This document shows, one piece after another, positions 46,027 to 57,133 of a stretch of 64,000 nucleotides of DNA; the first letter of the stretch is position 1; each line of letters opens with the position of its first letter. The stretch covers positions 12,552 through 76,551 of the forward strand of contig PIVY01000002.1 of the NCBI GenBank assembly GCA_003353795.1. The letters are read 5' to 3'. The notes beneath the pieces were generated by a model. That model saw nothing but the letters and a program-made list of their open reading frames with translations, was not told where the DNA came from and made no database searches. Origin of the DNA: a bacterium. Its GTDB lineage: Bacteria > Krumholzibacteriota > Krumholzibacteriia > LZORAL124-64-63. Made by a program: the position numbers and the translations under genes.

Positions 46027-46682
46027 TGCGACCGCTCGTGAAGATCTGCGGCCTGACCCGGCCCGAGGACGCGCGCCTCTGCCGCGACGCCGGCGCCGAT
46101 CTGCTCGGCGTCATCTTCGCCGATAGTCCGCGCCAGGTAACCGTTGGACAGGCCGCCGACATCCGCGCCGCCTGTAGCCACGCGCCCCTGGTCGGCGTGT
46201 TCACCGACGGAACGCCCACGGCCATCGCCGAGGTGGTGGCCGCCGTGGGGCTCGACCTGGTGCAGTTGCACGCCTGCGACGACCCTGCTCGCTGGGAGGC
46301 GGTGGGCCGGGCGTCCGGAGTGTCGGTGCTGCCGGCGGTCACGGCCGACCGTGCCGACGACGCGGTCTCCGCCATGCTCGCGCGGCCCGACCTCTTGCTG
46401 GCGGGCCTGCTCCTCGACCTCCCCAAGCGTACCCGCGACGCCGGATCCGACGGCCGGGTCACATTGATCGAGACGGCGCGGCGTTGCCGCGATCGCGGTA
46501 TCCGCGTCATGCTTGCCGGCGCGCTCGATGCTGCTACCGTGCCGCTCGCCATGCGCGAGGTGAAACCGTTTGGGTTGGACGTTTGCCGCGGCGTGGAATC
46601 GGCGCCCGGTGTGAAGGATCCCGAACTGGTCGCACGATTCCTCGCCGCCGTCGATCATCCGGAGGTGGATCATGTCCACTGA
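46026..46682 (+). CDS. trpF: Phosphoribosylanthranilate isomerase.
   Basis: An ATGA overlap joins it to trpC. '[12 protein letters not shown]' is the PRAI motif. Confidence 0.88.
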   Translation: MRPLVKICGLTRPEDARLCRDAGADLLGVIFADSPRQVTVGQAADIRAACSHAPLVGVFTDGTPTAIAEVVAAVGLDLVQLHACDDPARWEAVGRASGVSVLPAVTADRADDAVSAMLARPDLLLAGLLLDLPKRTRDAGSDGRVTLIETARRCRDRGIRVMLAGALDAATVPLAMREVKPFGLDVCRGVESAPGVKDPELVARFLAAVDHPEVDHVH

Positions 46683-47850
46683 GATTACTCGCGCCGGCCG
46701 CTTCGGCCCTTTCGGCGGACAGTACGTGCCGGAGACCCTCATGCCGGCGATCACCGAACTGGCCGCCGCTCACATCGAGGCGCTCGCCGACCCGGCGTTC
46801 GCCGCGGAACTCGATGCTCTGCTGGCCGACTTCGCCGGCCGGCCCACCCCGCTGTATCGCGCGCGCCGACTCGAGTCGGTGTTGCCCGGGGAAGCGCAGG
46901 TGTGGCTCAAGCGGGAAGACCTGGTCCACACCGGCGCCCACAAGCTCAACAACTGCCTCGGTCAGGTGCTGCTGGCGCGGCGCATGGGCAAGCGGCGCAT
47001 CATTGCCGAGACCGGCGCCGGCCAGCATGGCGTTGCCACCGCCGCGGTATGCGCCCACTTCGGCCTGGAGTGCACCGTCTACATGGGCGAGACCGACATG
47101 CAGCGGCAGCGTCCCAACGTGCAGCGCATGCGGCTGTTCGGCGCCGAGGTCCGGCCCGCGCTCACCGGCAGCCGCACCCTCAAGGACGCCACCAGCGAGG
47201 CCATCCGCGACTGGGTGGCCTCGGTGGCGACGACCCACTACATCATCGGATCGGTGGTCGGTCCGCATCCGTATCCGTCGCTGGTGGCCGACTTCCAGGC
47301 GGTGATCGGTCGCGAGGCGCGCGAGCAGATCTTCGCCGCCGCCGGCCGCCTTCCCAGCCACGCCCTGGCCTGCATCGGCGGCGGCAGCAATGCCATGGGA
47401 TTGTTCCGCGGCTTCCTCGATGACGGCGACGTCCGGCTGGTCGGCGTGGAGGCCGGCGGCGGTCCCGAGGGGCATGCTGCGACTCTCGGAAAGGGCGATC
47501 CCGGGGTGCTGCACGGCACGCTCTCGCTCCTGCTACAGGATCAGGACGGCCAGGTCGCGCCGGTGCACTCCATTTCCGCCGGCCTCGACTACCCGGGGGT
47601 CGGCCCCCAGCTGGCGCACCTCAAGGACAGCGGCCGGCTCGCCGTGGCCAGCGCCACCGATGCCGAGGCGCTGGACGCGCTGCGGTCGCTCTGCCGGCTC
47701 GAAGGCATCTTGCCGGCCCTGGAAACGGCCCACGCTCTGGCGCACCTGCAGACGCTCGCTGCCGATCCCGATGCCGATCTCATCGTGGTGAACCTTTCCG
47801 GGCGCGGCGACAAGGACCTCGACCACTTGCCCCCGGAGGTGTCGGCATGA
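46672..47850 (+). CDS. trpB: Tryptophan synthase beta chain.
   Basis: An ATG at 46672 follows GGAGG. '[13 protein letters not shown]...HTGAHKLNN' contains the PLP lysine motif. Confidence 0.92.
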   Translation: MSTEITRAGRFGPFGGQYVPETLMPAITELAAAHIEALADPAFAAELDALLADFAGRPTPLYRARRLESVLPGEAQVWLKREDLVHTGAHKLNNCLGQVLLARRMGKRRIIAETGAGQHGVATAAVCAHFGLECTVYMGETDMQRQRPNVQRMRLFGAEVRPALTGSRTLKDATSEAIRDWVASVATTHYIIGSVVGPHPYPSLVADFQAVIGREAREQIFAAAGRLPSHALACIGGGSNAMGLFRGFLDDGDVRLVGVEAGGGPEGHAATLGKGDPGVLHGTLSLLLQDQDGQVAPVHSISAGLDYPGVGPQLAHLKDSGRLAVASATDAEALDALRSLCRLEGILPALETAHALAHLQTLAADPDADLIVVNLSGRGDKDLDHLPPEVSA

Positions 47851-48650
47851 CCGCTCTCGAACGCGCGTGCCGCGACCGCCGCCAGCGAGGCGAGAAGGCG
47901 CTGGTGCCGTTCCTCACCGCGGGCTTCCCGGACGAGCGCACGTCGCTGGAACTGCTGGCCGCCTGCGCGCGGCGCGGCTGCGAGGTGGTGGAGATCGGCG
48001 TGCCGTTCTCCGACCCCGTGGCCGACGGCCCCGTGATCCAGCAGGCCAGCCAGGCCGCCCTGGCCGGCGGCATGACCCTGCGCCGAGCCCTCGACCTGGT
48101 GACCGAACTGAAGGACGAGGCGGTGCAGCCGGTGATGATGACCTACCTAAATCCGGTGCTGCGCCTGGGTCTGGACGAGTTCGCACGGCGGTCTGCGCGC
48201 GCCGGTTGCGCCGGCGTGATCGTGCCCGACCTGAGCAGCGAGGAAACGGCGCCGCTGCGCGACGCCCTCTCCGGCGAAGGCGTGGCCCTCGTCGACCTGG
48301 TGGCACCGACCACCACCGAGGATCGCATGGCCGCGATCACCGCCACCGCCGGCGGCTTCCTCTACCTGGTGGCGGTGGCTGGCGTGACCGGCACGACCAG
48401 CGCGAATGCTGCCGACCTGCAGTCCTTCACCGACCGCGTCCGCCGGCACACCGACCTGCCGCTCTACGTCGGCTTCGGCATCGACGGCGCCGTGAAGGCC
48501 CGCGAGGCCGTCCAGGCCGCCGACGGCGCCATCGTGGGCAGTGCGCTCATCCGGCGCCTGCTCGACAACCCGGATTCCGGCGGCGTGACAGCCGTCCTCG
48601 ACCTGGTCGACGAAATGCTCGCCGCCCTTTCCCGGAGGACCACCTCATGA
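47847..48650 (+). CDS. trpA: Tryptophan synthase alpha chain.
   Basis: An ATGA overlap joins it to trpB. '[11 protein letters not shown]...[17 protein letters not shown]' is the TrpA signature. Confidence 0.9.
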   Translation: MTALERACRDRRQRGEKALVPFLTAGFPDERTSLELLAACARRGCEVVEIGVPFSDPVADGPVIQQASQAALAGGMTLRRALDLVTELKDEAVQPVMMTYLNPVLRLGLDEFARRSARAGCAGVIVPDLSSEETAPLRDALSGEGVALVDLVAPTTTEDRMAAITATAGGFLYLVAVAGVTGTTSANAADLQSFTDRVRRHTDLPLYVGFGIDGAVKAREAVQAADGAIVGSALIRRLLDNPDSGGVTAVLDLVDEMLAALSRRTTS

Positions 48651-49699
48651 TGATCGTGACCATGCAGCCCGGCGCCTCGGTGGCCCAGATCGGCGCCGTG
48701 TTGCGGCACTGTCAGGAGCGCGACCTGCGACCGGTACCCAGCCACGGAACCGAGCGCACGGTGATCGGCGTCATCCATGCCGATCAACGCACCGACCTGT
48801 CCGCCGTGGCGTCCCTGCCGGGCGTGGACCAGGTCACGCCCGTGTCGGCCGCGCTCCAGCTGGTGAGCCGCGAGTTCCGCGACGAACCCACCGTGGTGCA
48901 CGTCGGCGGCGTGGCCATCGGCGGCCCCGAGTTCGTGGTCATGGCGGGCCCGTGTTCGGTGGAGACCGAGGCGCAAATCAATGCCTGTGCCCGTCAGGTG
49001 GGCGCCTGCGGCGGTCGCATCCTGCGAGGTGGCGCCTACAAGCCGCGCACGTCGCCGTACAGCTTTCAGGGACTGGGCGAGGAGGGGCTGCAACTCTTGA
49101 CCGCGGCCGGCCGCGCGGTGGGATTGCCCACGGTCACCGAGGTCATGCACCCCGATCTGGTGGAGACAGTGGCGAGGTATGCGGATATCCTGCAGATTGG
49201 CGCCCGCAACGTGCAAAACTACGCGTTGTTGTCGGCAGTGGGCAGGGTGCGCAAGCCCGTCCTTCTCAAGCGTGGGCTCATGACCACCATCGAGGAACTG
49301 CTCATGGCGGCCGAGTACATCCTGGCCGGAGGCAATGGACAGGTGATCCTCTGTGAACGCGGCATCCGCACCTTCGAGACGTCCGTGCGCAACACGCTGG
49401 ACGTGTCGGCCGTGCCGGTGATCAAGAGCCAGAGTCACCTGCCGGTGATCCTCGACCCGAGCCACGCTGCCGGCAAGCGCGAGTTCGTGCCGGCGCTGGC
49501 GCTGGCGTCGCTCGCCGCCGGCGCCGACGGCATCATGGTGGAGATGCATCCGGTGCCCGAGGAGGCGTACAGCGACGGTCGGCAGAGTCTCGACTTTCCC
49601 GGCTTCGCGGCGCTCATGGATTCGTTGCGGCCCGTGGGCGCGGCCCTGGGCCGACACGTGGCCGCGGTCCGGCCCGATCTGACGGAGGCGTCTGCATGA
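48647..49699 (+). CDS. aroG: 3-deoxy-7-phosphoheptulonate (DAHP) synthase, type I-beta, with an N-terminal regulatory (ferredoxin/ACT-like) extension.
   Basis: An ATGA overlap joins it to trpA, and GGAGG lies upstream. '[11 protein letters not shown]...[18 protein letters not shown]' is typical of DAHPS I-beta/KDO8PS-like enzymes. An N-terminal domain of about 80 aa precedes the catalytic barrel. The long table ORF is an alternate-frame extension. Confidence 0.85.
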   Translation: MMIVTMQPGASVAQIGAVLRHCQERDLRPVPSHGTERTVIGVIHADQRTDLSAVASLPGVDQVTPVSAALQLVSREFRDEPTVVHVGGVAIGGPEFVVMAGPCSVETEAQINACARQVGACGGRILRGGAYKPRTSPYSFQGLGEEGLQLLTAAGRAVGLPTVTEVMHPDLVETVARYADILQIGARNVQNYALLSAVGRVRKPVLLKRGLMTTIEELLMAAEYILAGGNGQVILCERGIRTFETSVRNTLDVSAVPVIKSQSHLPVILDPSHAAGKREFVPALALASLAAGADGIMVEMHPVPEEAYSDGRQSLDFPGFAALMDSLRPVGAALGRHVAAVRPDLTEASA

Positions 49700-51024
49700 G
49701 AGCGGTGGTGCGCGGCGCCCGAGGCGTGAACGGCGAGTTGAGTCTGCCGGGCGACAAGTCCCTGGCTCACCGCGCCCTCCTCTTCGGCGCGCTGGCCGAC
49801 GGCGAGATGCGCGTACGCGGACTGCCACCCGGCGGCGACGTTGCGAGCACGCGGAGCTGTCTCGAAACTCTCGGCGCACGTTTCGAGGACATCCCCGGCG
49901 GCGTGCGCGTGCTGCCGCCCGAGTCATGGCGTACCGGCGAGACGCTCGATTGCGGCAACTCCGGCACCACGACTCGCCTGCTCGCCGGCGTGCTCGCGGG
50001 CCTCGGCCTGGCGACCACCCTTGACGGCGACGCCTCGCTTCGCCGTCGTCCCATGCGCCGCGTGGCCGATCCGTTGCGCCTGCTTGGCGCGTCGGTGACG
50101 ACCCGCGAGGACGGCTGCCTGCCCCTGATAATCGCACCGCCGCGCGACCGGCTCGACGGCATCCGCGTGGAACTGGCCGTGGCCAGCGCACAGGTCAAGA
50201 GCGCGATCCTGCTGGCGGGATTGTTCGCCACCGGTCCGACCACCGTGGTCGAGCCGGCCCTGAGCCGCGACCACACCGAGCGCATGCTCGCGGCCATGGG
50301 TGTCGACGTGCAGCGCGACGGCCTGGCGGTGACCGTTCCCGGGCGACGCGACGACGGTGCCGCTCCCCGCCTTCACGGCCTGACGCTGGACCTGCCGGGC
50401 GACATCTCCACGGCGGCATTCTACCTCGCTGCCGGCGCCATGCGGCCGGGGTCGTCGGTGATTCTCCGGGGTGTGGGGATCAACCCGTCGCGCACCGGAA
50501 TCCTGGATGCCCTTCACGGCATGGGGGCGGCCGTGAAGCTGGCCAACGAACGCACGGCCGCCGGCGAGCCCGTGGCCGATCTGGCCACCGAGAGCTCGCC
50601 CATGCGGGGCATCTCGATCGGCGGCGACCTGGTGCCGCGCCTCATCGACGAGCTTCCCATTCTCGCAGTGGCGGCCACGGCGGCCGATGGCGCCACCGAG
50701 GTACGCGACGCCGCCGAGTTGCGGCACAAGGAATCCGACCGCATCGCGACCACGGTGACCCAGCTCGCACGCCTGGGCGCCGACATCCACGAACGGCCGG
50801 ACGGTTTCACCATTCACGGTCCTTGCCGCTTGCGCGGCGCCGAGGTGGATGCCGGCGGCGATCATCGTCTGGCCATGGCATTGGCCGTGGCGGCGCTGTC
50901 GGCCGAGGGCGAAACGGTGATCTCCGGCGCGGAGGCGGCCTCGGTCTCGCATCCCGACTTCTGGTCGGACGTGGCGCGCCTCGCCGGTCCCGATGCCGTG
51001 CGCCTCGAGGAGGAGAACGCGTGA
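49696..51024 (+). CDS. aroA: 3-phosphoshikimate 1-carboxyvinyltransferase (EPSP synthase).
   Basis: An ATGA overlap joins it to the upstream gene. '[20 protein letters not shown]' is the canonical N-terminus. Confidence 0.9.
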   Translation: MRAVVRGARGVNGELSLPGDKSLAHRALLFGALADGEMRVRGLPPGGDVASTRSCLETLGARFEDIPGGVRVLPPESWRTGETLDCGNSGTTTRLLAGVLAGLGLATTLDGDASLRRRPMRRVADPLRLLGASVTTREDGCLPLIIAPPRDRLDGIRVELAVASAQVKSAILLAGLFATGPTTVVEPALSRDHTERMLAAMGVDVQRDGLAVTVPGRRDDGAAPRLHGLTLDLPGDISTAAFYLAAGAMRPGSSVILRGVGINPSRTGILDALHGMGAAVKLANERTAAGEPVADLATESSPMRGISIGGDLVPRLIDELPILAVAATAADGATEVRDAAELRHKESDRIATTVTQLARLGADIHERPDGFTIHGPCRLRGAEVDAGGDHRLAMALAVAALSAEGETVISGAEAASVSHPDFWSDVARLAGPDAVRLEEENA

Positions 51025-51875
51025 CCGTTGGCGGCGCTTCCCGCGTATACGGCCTCATCGGCGACCCCGTGGCGCACAGCCTGTCCCCGCGCCTGATGAA
51101 CGACGCCTTCGCGCGGCTGGGCATCGACGCGGTGTACGTGGCCTGGCGCCTGGCGTCCGACTACGTGGGCTCGGCCGTGGCCGGCCTCGTGACCCTGGGC
51201 GTGGCCGGCGTCAACGTGACCTACCCGCACAAGGCCGCGGTGCTGCCTCACGTGGCGTCCCGCTCCAACGCGGTCGCAACGCTGGGCGCGGCCAATGTAC
51301 TGGCCCTCGACGCCGACGGTTTCCGGGCCGAGAACACCGACGCCGGGGGGACCGCACTGGCCTTGACCGAGTTGCTCGACTGGCCGGTGACCCACCGTCG
51401 CGTGGTGATCCTCGGCGCCGGCGGCGCGGGCCGGGCGGCGGCGCTGGGCCTGCTGGTCGCGGGAGCCGAGCGCGTCGACTTCCTGGTGCGCGACCGTTCG
51501 CGTGCCGAAGCCGGACTTGTCGGCTTGCGCGCGGCTCATGAAGCGGTCGCCGTCCACGTTCTCGACAGCCGCGACGCAGCCGGGTGCCTGGACGCTGCCC
51601 ACCTCGTGGTGCAGGCCACCCCGGTGGGTCTCGACGATCCCGGCGCTGCTTCCCTAATCGACCCGGCACAGGCGCCGAACGCCGCGGGATTCGAACTGGT
51701 CTACGGCGAACGCCCCACCGCGTTCGCCGCCGCCTGGCGCGGCGCCGGTCGACCGTGTCTCGACGGACGCGATCTGCTGGCGGCCCAGGCCCACCTGGCT
51801 CTTCATGTCTGGCTGAACGACGCGCCCGACCTGGCCGACATGCGCCGGGTCATTGCGCCCGAGGAGGTCGCGTGA
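51021..51875 (+). CDS. aroE: Shikimate dehydrogenase.
   Basis: A GTG start gives a GTGA overlap. 'VYGLIGDPVAHSLSP' and 'ILGAGGAGRA' are the SDH motifs. Confidence 0.85.
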   Translation: MTVGGASRVYGLIGDPVAHSLSPRLMNDAFARLGIDAVYVAWRLASDYVGSAVAGLVTLGVAGVNVTYPHKAAVLPHVASRSNAVATLGAANVLALDADGFRAENTDAGGTALALTELLDWPVTHRRVVILGAGGAGRAAALGLLVAGAERVDFLVRDRSRAEAGLVGLRAAHEAVAVHVLDSRDAAGCLDAAHLVVQATPVGLDDPGAASLIDPAQAPNAAGFELVYGERPTAFAAAWRGAGRPCLDGRDLLAAQAHLALHVWLNDAPDLADMRRVIAPEEVA

Positions 51876-53545
51876 CCACGACGAAACGCAACGTGGTGCT
51901 CACCGGATTCATGGGCACCGGCAAGACCGCCGTCGGCCGCGTTCTGGCCGACCTGCTCGGCCGCCCCTTCTGCGATCTGGATGCGGTGATCGAGGAGGCG
52001 GCCGGCTGTCCGGTGGCCGAGATCTTCGCGGCCGAAGGCGAGGACGGTTTCCGACGCCGCGAGCGGGAGGCCGCCGCCGCGGTTGGTGCCCGGCGCGGCC
52101 TGGTGGTCGCCACTGGCGGCGGCACCCTCATCGACCCGGCCAATCGCGAGGCACTCTCCGCCGGCGGCGACCTGGTCCTCCTGACCACTGCGGCGCCCGA
52201 ACTGGCCGACCGCCTCGGCGACGGCGCCGGGCAACGCCCGCTGCTGGCTGGCCACGATGACCTGCGCGCCCGCATCGCTGAACTCCTCGCCGAGCGCGCG
52301 TCCGTCTATGCCGGCTGCGACCACGAATTCGACACGACAGCGCTCGATGCCGACGAGGCCGCCGCCCTGCTGGCTGCGCGCCTGGCCACGCCGTTGACGG
52401 AGATCGACATCCCCGTTCCCGGCGCCGCCGGTCTGCCCGTGCTCGCTGCCCGCGAGCTCACCGGATCGCGCGTGGTCACCGGCCGCGGCACGGTCTGTCG
52501 GCTCGGCGCCGAACTGCGCGACCGCGGTGTCACCGGCCGCGTGGTGCTGGTCATGCCCGAGGTGGTGCGCGATCACTACCTTCCGCGCCTGGTCGCCTCT
52601 CTCGACGCCGCCGAACTGTCGTGGGGCCTGCTGGGAATTCGCGACGGCGACCAGGAGAAGACCTTCGCCCAGGTGGAGGATCTGGTGGACGCCCTGGCCG
52701 GCCTCAGCGCCGATCGTGGCACCTGCGTGGTGGCCGTGGGCGGCGGCGTGACCGGCGACCTGGTGGGCTTCAGCGCCGCGGTCTACATGCGCGGCGCGGC
52801 CCTGGCCATGGTGCCGACCACCCTGCTGGCCCAGGTCGACGCCCACATCGGCGGCAAGACCGGCGTCAACGGTCGCCGCGTCAAGAACCTGGCCGGCTGT
52901 TTCCATCCGCCCATTCTGGTGGTGGCCGACCCCTGCATGCTGGCCACCCTGCCGGACCGTGAGCTGGCCGGCGGCATGGCCGAGGTGGTCAAGTCGGCGC
53001 TCATCGGCGACCCCGCGCTCTTCGACCAGCTCGAGGCGGCGCTTGTCGATCCGGCCGAGAATCGCGACGGCGATCCGCGCCGCGACCCAGAACTGCTCGA
53101 GACCTGTGTGGCGGCTTGCGCCGCCGTGAAGGGCGGCGTGGTCAGTCGCGATCCCTGGGAACTGGGGGAGCGGCGCTTGTTGAACCTGGGCCACACTCTC
53201 GGCCATGCCCTCGAAGCCCAGAGCGCCTACGGTCTGAGCCATGGCGAGGCCGTGTCCATCGGCACCGTGGCGGCCCTGCAAGTGGCCGTGGCGCGCGGCG
53301 CCGCCGAGGCCGATCTCCTCGACCGTACCCGCCGCCTGCTGCAGGCCTGCGGGCTGCCCACCACACCGCCCGAATACGATGCCGCCGACCTCCTCTCGCG
53401 ATTGCATCTGGACAAGAAGCGGCGTGACGGTCGACAGTTCTTCGTGCTGCCACTCGCCGCGGGCGACGTGGTGGTCGTGGACGACGTCGACGATGACGAG
53501 GCCCTCGCGGCCCTGGCCAGGGAGCAAGCGTGCGCATCCTCGTGA
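51872..53545 (+). CDS. aroKB: Bifunctional shikimate kinase / 3-dehydroquinate synthase (AroK-AroB fusion).
   Basis: A GTG start gives a GTGA overlap, and GAGGAGG lies upstream. The N-terminal ~175 aa '[15 protein letters not shown]' is the shikimate-kinase P-loop. The C-terminal ~380 aa '[14 protein letters not shown]...HIGGKTGVN' is DHQ synthase. One uninterrupted 557-codon frame spans both. Confidence 0.85.
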   Translation: MTTTKRNVVLTGFMGTGKTAVGRVLADLLGRPFCDLDAVIEEAAGCPVAEIFAAEGEDGFRRREREAAAAVGARRGLVVATGGGTLIDPANREALSAGGDLVLLTTAAPELADRLGDGAGQRPLLAGHDDLRARIAELLAERASVYAGCDHEFDTTALDADEAAALLAARLATPLTEIDIPVPGAAGLPVLAARELTGSRVVTGRGTVCRLGAELRDRGVTGRVVLVMPEVVRDHYLPRLVASLDAAELSWGLLGIRDGDQEKTFAQVEDLVDALAGLSADRGTCVVAVGGGVTGDLVGFSAAVYMRGAALAMVPTTLLAQVDAHIGGKTGVNGRRVKNLAGCFHPPILVVADPCMLATLPDRELAGGMAEVVKSALIGDPALFDQLEAALVDPAENRDGDPRRDPELLETCVAACAAVKGGVVSRDPWELGERRLLNLGHTLGHALEAQSAYGLSHGEAVSIGTVAALQVAVARGAAEADLLDRTRRLLQACGLPTTPPEYDAADLLSRLHLDKKRRDGRQFFVLPLAAGDVVVVDDVDDDEALAALAREQACASS

Positions 53546-53991
53546 TTCACGGACCGAACCTGAACCTCTTGGGCATCCGCGAGCCGGAAGTCTACGGCAA
53601 GACGACCCTGCAGGAGATCAACCGGAGCCTGCGGGCGCGCGGCGAGGAGATCGGCGCGGCCATCTCCGATTTCCAGAGCAACCACGAGGGCGACATCGTC
53701 GACCGCATCCAGGCGGCGGCCCTCGATATTCCTCGGGCCGACGGCATCATCCTCAACCCGGCGGGCTACACCCACACCAGCGTGGCCATCCGCGATGCGC
53801 TCACGGCGGTGAGCCTGCCCACCTGGGAGATCCACATCTCCGATCCGTCGAAACGCGAGAAGTTCCGCCACGTGTCGCTGGTGCGCGACATCTGCGTGGG
53901 CTGCACCGCCGGCCGCGGCTCGGGCGGCTACATCGAGGCACTGGACGGGCTCGTGGCACACTTGAATTCCGGCGGGGAGGCGTCGTCATGA
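53530..53991 (+). CDS. aroQ: Type II 3-dehydroquinate dehydratase.
   Basis: A GTG at 53530 gives '[14 protein letters not shown]...HISD', the type II DHQase signature. It overlaps the 3' end of aroKB by 16 nt. Confidence 0.88.
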   Translation: MRILVIHGPNLNLLGIREPEVYGKTTLQEINRSLRARGEEIGAAISDFQSNHEGDIVDRIQAAALDIPRADGIILNPAGYTHTSVAIRDALTAVSLPTWEIHISDPSKREKFRHVSLVRDICVGCTAGRGSGGYIEALDGLVAHLNSGGEASS

Positions 53992-55073
53992 GTAGCGTCT
54001 TCGGCCGCCTGTTTCGCGTGAGCACTTTCGGCGAGAGCCATGGCGCCGGCCTCGGAGCGGTGGTGGACGGCTGCCCGCCCCGGCTGCCCCTCTCGGTGAC
54101 CGACATCCAGGCCGCTCTCGATCGTCGGCGTCCCGGCCAGAGCGCGCTGACCACGCCGCGCCAGGAGCCTGATCAGGTGGAGATCCTCTCCGGCGTTCAG
54201 GATGGCGCCACCCTGGGAACGCCCATCGGCCTCCTGATCCGCAACACCGACCAGAAGCCGGCCGACTACAAGGACACCGACGAGGTCCCGCGGCCGAGTC
54301 ACGCCGACTACACCTACCAGATGAAGTATGGTATGCGCGCCCGCAGCGGCGGCGGTCGGGCCAGCGCTCGCGAGACGGCAGCCCGGGTCGCAGCCGGCGC
54401 CGTGGCCTCGCAGCTCCTGCGCTTGCGCTGGGGCGTGGAGGTGGTGGCCTGGGTGGACGCGGTGGGCGACGAGGATCCCGCCCTCGTGGATCCCGCGACC
54501 GTCACCCAGGATGCCGTCGATACCAATGCCGTGCGTTGCCCCGACATCGACGCGGCCGATCGCTTCACCGATCTGATCACCAGCGCCCGCGACGCCGGCG
54601 ATTCGGTGGGCGGCGTGGTGGCCTGCGTGGTGCGCGGCTGTCCTGCCGGCTGGGGCGAGCCGGTGTTCGAGAAGGCCGAGGCACGCCTGGCCGGCGCCAT
54701 GCTGTCGCTGCCGGCGAGCAAGGGATTCGAGATCGGCAGCGGATTCGCCGGCACGCGGTTGCGCGGCAGTCAGCACAACGATGCGTTCGTGGCGCGGGCC
54801 GATGGTTCTCTCGGCACGGCTACCAATCGCAGCGGCGGTGTGCAGGGCGGCATCACCAACGGGGAGCCGGTGGTCATCCGGGTGGCGTTCAAGCCGACGT
54901 CGACCATCGCCATGCCGCAGCCGACGGTGGACTACGAGGGCAAGGCGACGGTGCTGGAGGCGAAAGGGCGCCATGATCCCTGCGTGTTGCCGCGGGCGGT
55001 GCCCATCGTGGAGGCGATGGCGGCGCTGGTGATGGCGGATCTGGGGATGTTGCAGGCGGGGCGGGACGACTAG
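53988..55073 (+). CDS. aroC: Chorismate synthase.
   Basis: An ATGA overlap joins it to aroQ, and GGGGAGG lies upstream. 'FGESHG..LG.VVDGCP' and 'GRSSARETA' are chorismate-synthase motifs. The long table ORF is an alternate-frame extension. Confidence 0.9.
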   Translation: MSSVFGRLFRVSTFGESHGAGLGAVVDGCPPRLPLSVTDIQAALDRRRPGQSALTTPRQEPDQVEILSGVQDGATLGTPIGLLIRNTDQKPADYKDTDEVPRPSHADYTYQMKYGMRARSGGGRASARETAARVAAGAVASQLLRLRWGVEVVAWVDAVGDEDPALVDPATVTQDAVDTNAVRCPDIDAADRFTDLITSARDAGDSVGGVVACVVRGCPAGWGEPVFEKAEARLAGAMLSLPASKGFEIGSGFAGTRLRGSQHNDAFVARADGSLGTATNRSGGVQGGITNGEPVVIRVAFKPTSTIAMPQPTVDYEGKATVLEAKGRHDPCVLPRAVPIVEAMAALVMADLGMLQAGRDD

Positions 55074-55476
55074 GGCCAGCCAGTGGGAAGCCGGGCGGCG
55101 GTCATCCGACCTGCCCCGCGATCTTGTAGAGTACAAAGGTCGAGCACCCCGTCCTGCCGCGCAGTGCCTCGAGCCGCACCTCATCGAGCTGAATCCGGCA
55201 CCGGCGCACGGACTGCAGTTTCCGCCAATTGGGGGCGTCATTGTTGCGGAGCCAGGCCGTTCGGGCTCCGATTCCAGCCTGTGAATCGAAGGCACACTGG
55301 GCAGGGCGCGCACTCGTCGGCAAGCCTGGTCGGCGTCATCCGGTTCATTATGTAACTCATATAACAACAAAGTTTTGCGGTTGCCGTGGGACGTGTCGTT
55401 CACGATGGCACGACCGCTGCTTTGCCGGCTGGTGAAGCAACGGTTCCTCAACCATCGACTCTGTGGAGGCAACACC

Positions 55477-56160
55477 ATGCAATCCTTCGTCGCAGAATTC
55501 TTCCGCTCCGGCGGCCCCCTCATGTGGGTCATCCTGGCGGTCCTCGCGGCGGCCGCCGCAGTCATCGTCGAGCGACTGCACTTCTACCTGGTGGTCTGCC
55601 GCGACGACGCCGACCACCTCGCTACCGGCGCCATCCGCCGGCTCAACGGCGGCGACTTCAAGGGTGCTCTCGCCCAGGTCAGCGGCCGCCGCAGCCCGGC
55701 GGCCGCGATCCTCGGCCAGGCCGTCTCGCGCTTCAATGCCGGCCACTCGCTCACCGAGGTCCGCCACGGTGTCGAGGAAGTGGCCATCCGCGCGGTGCCG
55801 CTCTACGGACGGCGCGTGGGCTACCTTGCCATGCTCGCCAACATCGCCACGTTGACCGGTCTGCTGGGCACCATCTTCGGGTTGCAGAAGAGCTTCAGTT
55901 CGCTGGCCATGGTGGAGGCGGCGGAGAAGGCGTCGGTGCTGGCCGGCGGCATCAGTCAGGCCATGAACACCACCGCCTTCGGCCTCATCGTGGCCATCCC
56001 CTGCCTGGTGGCCTACACCCGGCTGTCCAGCCTGCAGTCGCGCAAGACCGAGGAGTGCGACGCCGCGGCCGTGAAGCTGCTCAACTACCTGGAGGCCCGT
56101 CAGGACGCCGACGATGTCGAGACCGAGACCGTGCGCTCCCTGCAGCGCGCGGCGGTGTGA
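55477..56160 (+). CDS. exbB: MotA/TolQ/ExbB-family proton channel.
   Basis: An ATG at 55477 follows GGAGG. There are three TM segments, and 'LGTIFGL...AMNTTAFGLIVAIP' is typical of the family. Confidence 0.85.
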   Translation: MQSFVAEFFRSGGPLMWVILAVLAAAAAVIVERLHFYLVVCRDDADHLATGAIRRLNGGDFKGALAQVSGRRSPAAAILGQAVSRFNAGHSLTEVRHGVEEVAIRAVPLYGRRVGYLAMLANIATLTGLLGTIFGLQKSFSSLAMVEAAEKASVLAGGISQAMNTTAFGLIVAIPCLVAYTRLSSLQSRKTEECDAAAVKLLNYLEARQDADDVETETVRSLQRAAV

Positions 56161-56165
56161 TCACC

Positions 56166-56672
56166 ATGAGCGCGCGCCAGGCATCGATCCTCTCGCGGCG
56201 GCCGACCGCACTCGGTGATTCCGTCGAGATCGACGTGACCCCCATCATGAACATGTTCATCATCCTGATCCCCTTCCTGGTGAGCATGGCGGTGTTCACC
56301 CACCTCGCGACGCACACGTTCAGCCTGCCCGCCGAGGATGGTCCGAGCCAGGCCCGCACCGCCGACGAGGTGCCGCTGACGGTGGCCGTCACTTCCAGTG
56401 CCGTGGCCGTGGTCTGGGGTGACGTGGAGGTGGCGCGCTTCGTCGTGGCCGCCGACGGCTCTTTCGACACGGTCGCCCTCGAGACCGTGCTGGCTGCCGA
56501 GCGCACGCGCCGCCCCGAAGTGGACCAGGTGGTGGTCGCCGTGGACGACGGCGTGATCTGCGCCGATGTGGTGCGCTGCCTTGATCATTGCAAGGCCGCC
56601 GGATACCGGGACGTGGGGCTGGCTGCCGGCGCCAATCTCGGCTCTTCGCAGGACCCGGAGGTGACGCCGTGA
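56166..56672 (+). CDS. exbD: ExbD/TolR-family biopolymer transport protein (paralogue 1).
   Basis: It has 'IDVTPIMNMFIILIPFLV', a single TM segment and a periplasmic domain. Confidence 0.8.
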   Translation: MSARQASILSRRPTALGDSVEIDVTPIMNMFIILIPFLVSMAVFTHLATHTFSLPAEDGPSQARTADEVPLTVAVTSSAVAVVWGDVEVARFVVAADGSFDTVALETVLAAERTRRPEVDQVVVAVDDGVICADVVRCLDHCKAAGYRDVGLAAGANLGSSQDPEVTP

Positions 56673-57133
56673 TCGCCGCCCGCAACGCCCTGCCGCGTTC
56701 CCGGCCGAAGACCAACGGTATTGCGCGGCCTCAGCTCACCTCGCTGGTCGACATGATGGTCATCCTGCTGGTGTTCCTGCTGAAGAGCTTCTCGGTGGAG
56801 GGCCAGCTCGTCACGCCGTCGCCCGATCTGCACCTGCCCGAGTCCGCCGCCACGACGCCGGTGGAGTCGGCGTTGAGCCTGGAAGTGACCACCGGCGGCA
56901 TCGTGCTCGACGGTCGCCACGTGGCCGACCTGCCCACGGCGAGCACCGACAGCCTGCTCATCGCGCCGCTCGCCAGCGCGCTGCGCGACCTCGGGCCCGG
57001 TGGCGAAGGCCAGGCGCTCTCCATCCAGTGCGACCGTCGCGTGGACTTCGCCGTGCTCAAGCGGGTGCTCTTCACCTGCGACCGCACCGGACACGACGAC
57101 CTGTCGCTGCTGGTGATCCGGGAGGATGCGTGA
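56669..57133 (+). CDS. exbD: ExbD/TolR-family biopolymer transport protein (paralogue 2).
   Basis: A GTG start gives a GTGA overlap, and GGAGG lies upstream. It has 'QLTSLVDMMVILLVFLL'. Confidence 0.8.
   Translation: MIAARNALPRSRPKTNGIARPQLTSLVDMMVILLVFLLKSFSVEGQLVTPSPDLHLPESAATTPVESALSLEVTTGGIVLDGRHVADLPTASTDSLLIAPLASALRDLGPGGEGQALSIQCDRRVDFAVLKRVLFTCDRTGHDDLSLLVIREDA

Noticed and set aside
48464-53527. Several 340-575-aa ORFs antisense to the aro genes (48464..50191, 49924..50952, 51803..53527, 53928..55565).
   Set aside because: They are shadow ORFs opposite a contiguous block of unambiguous biosynthetic enzymes.
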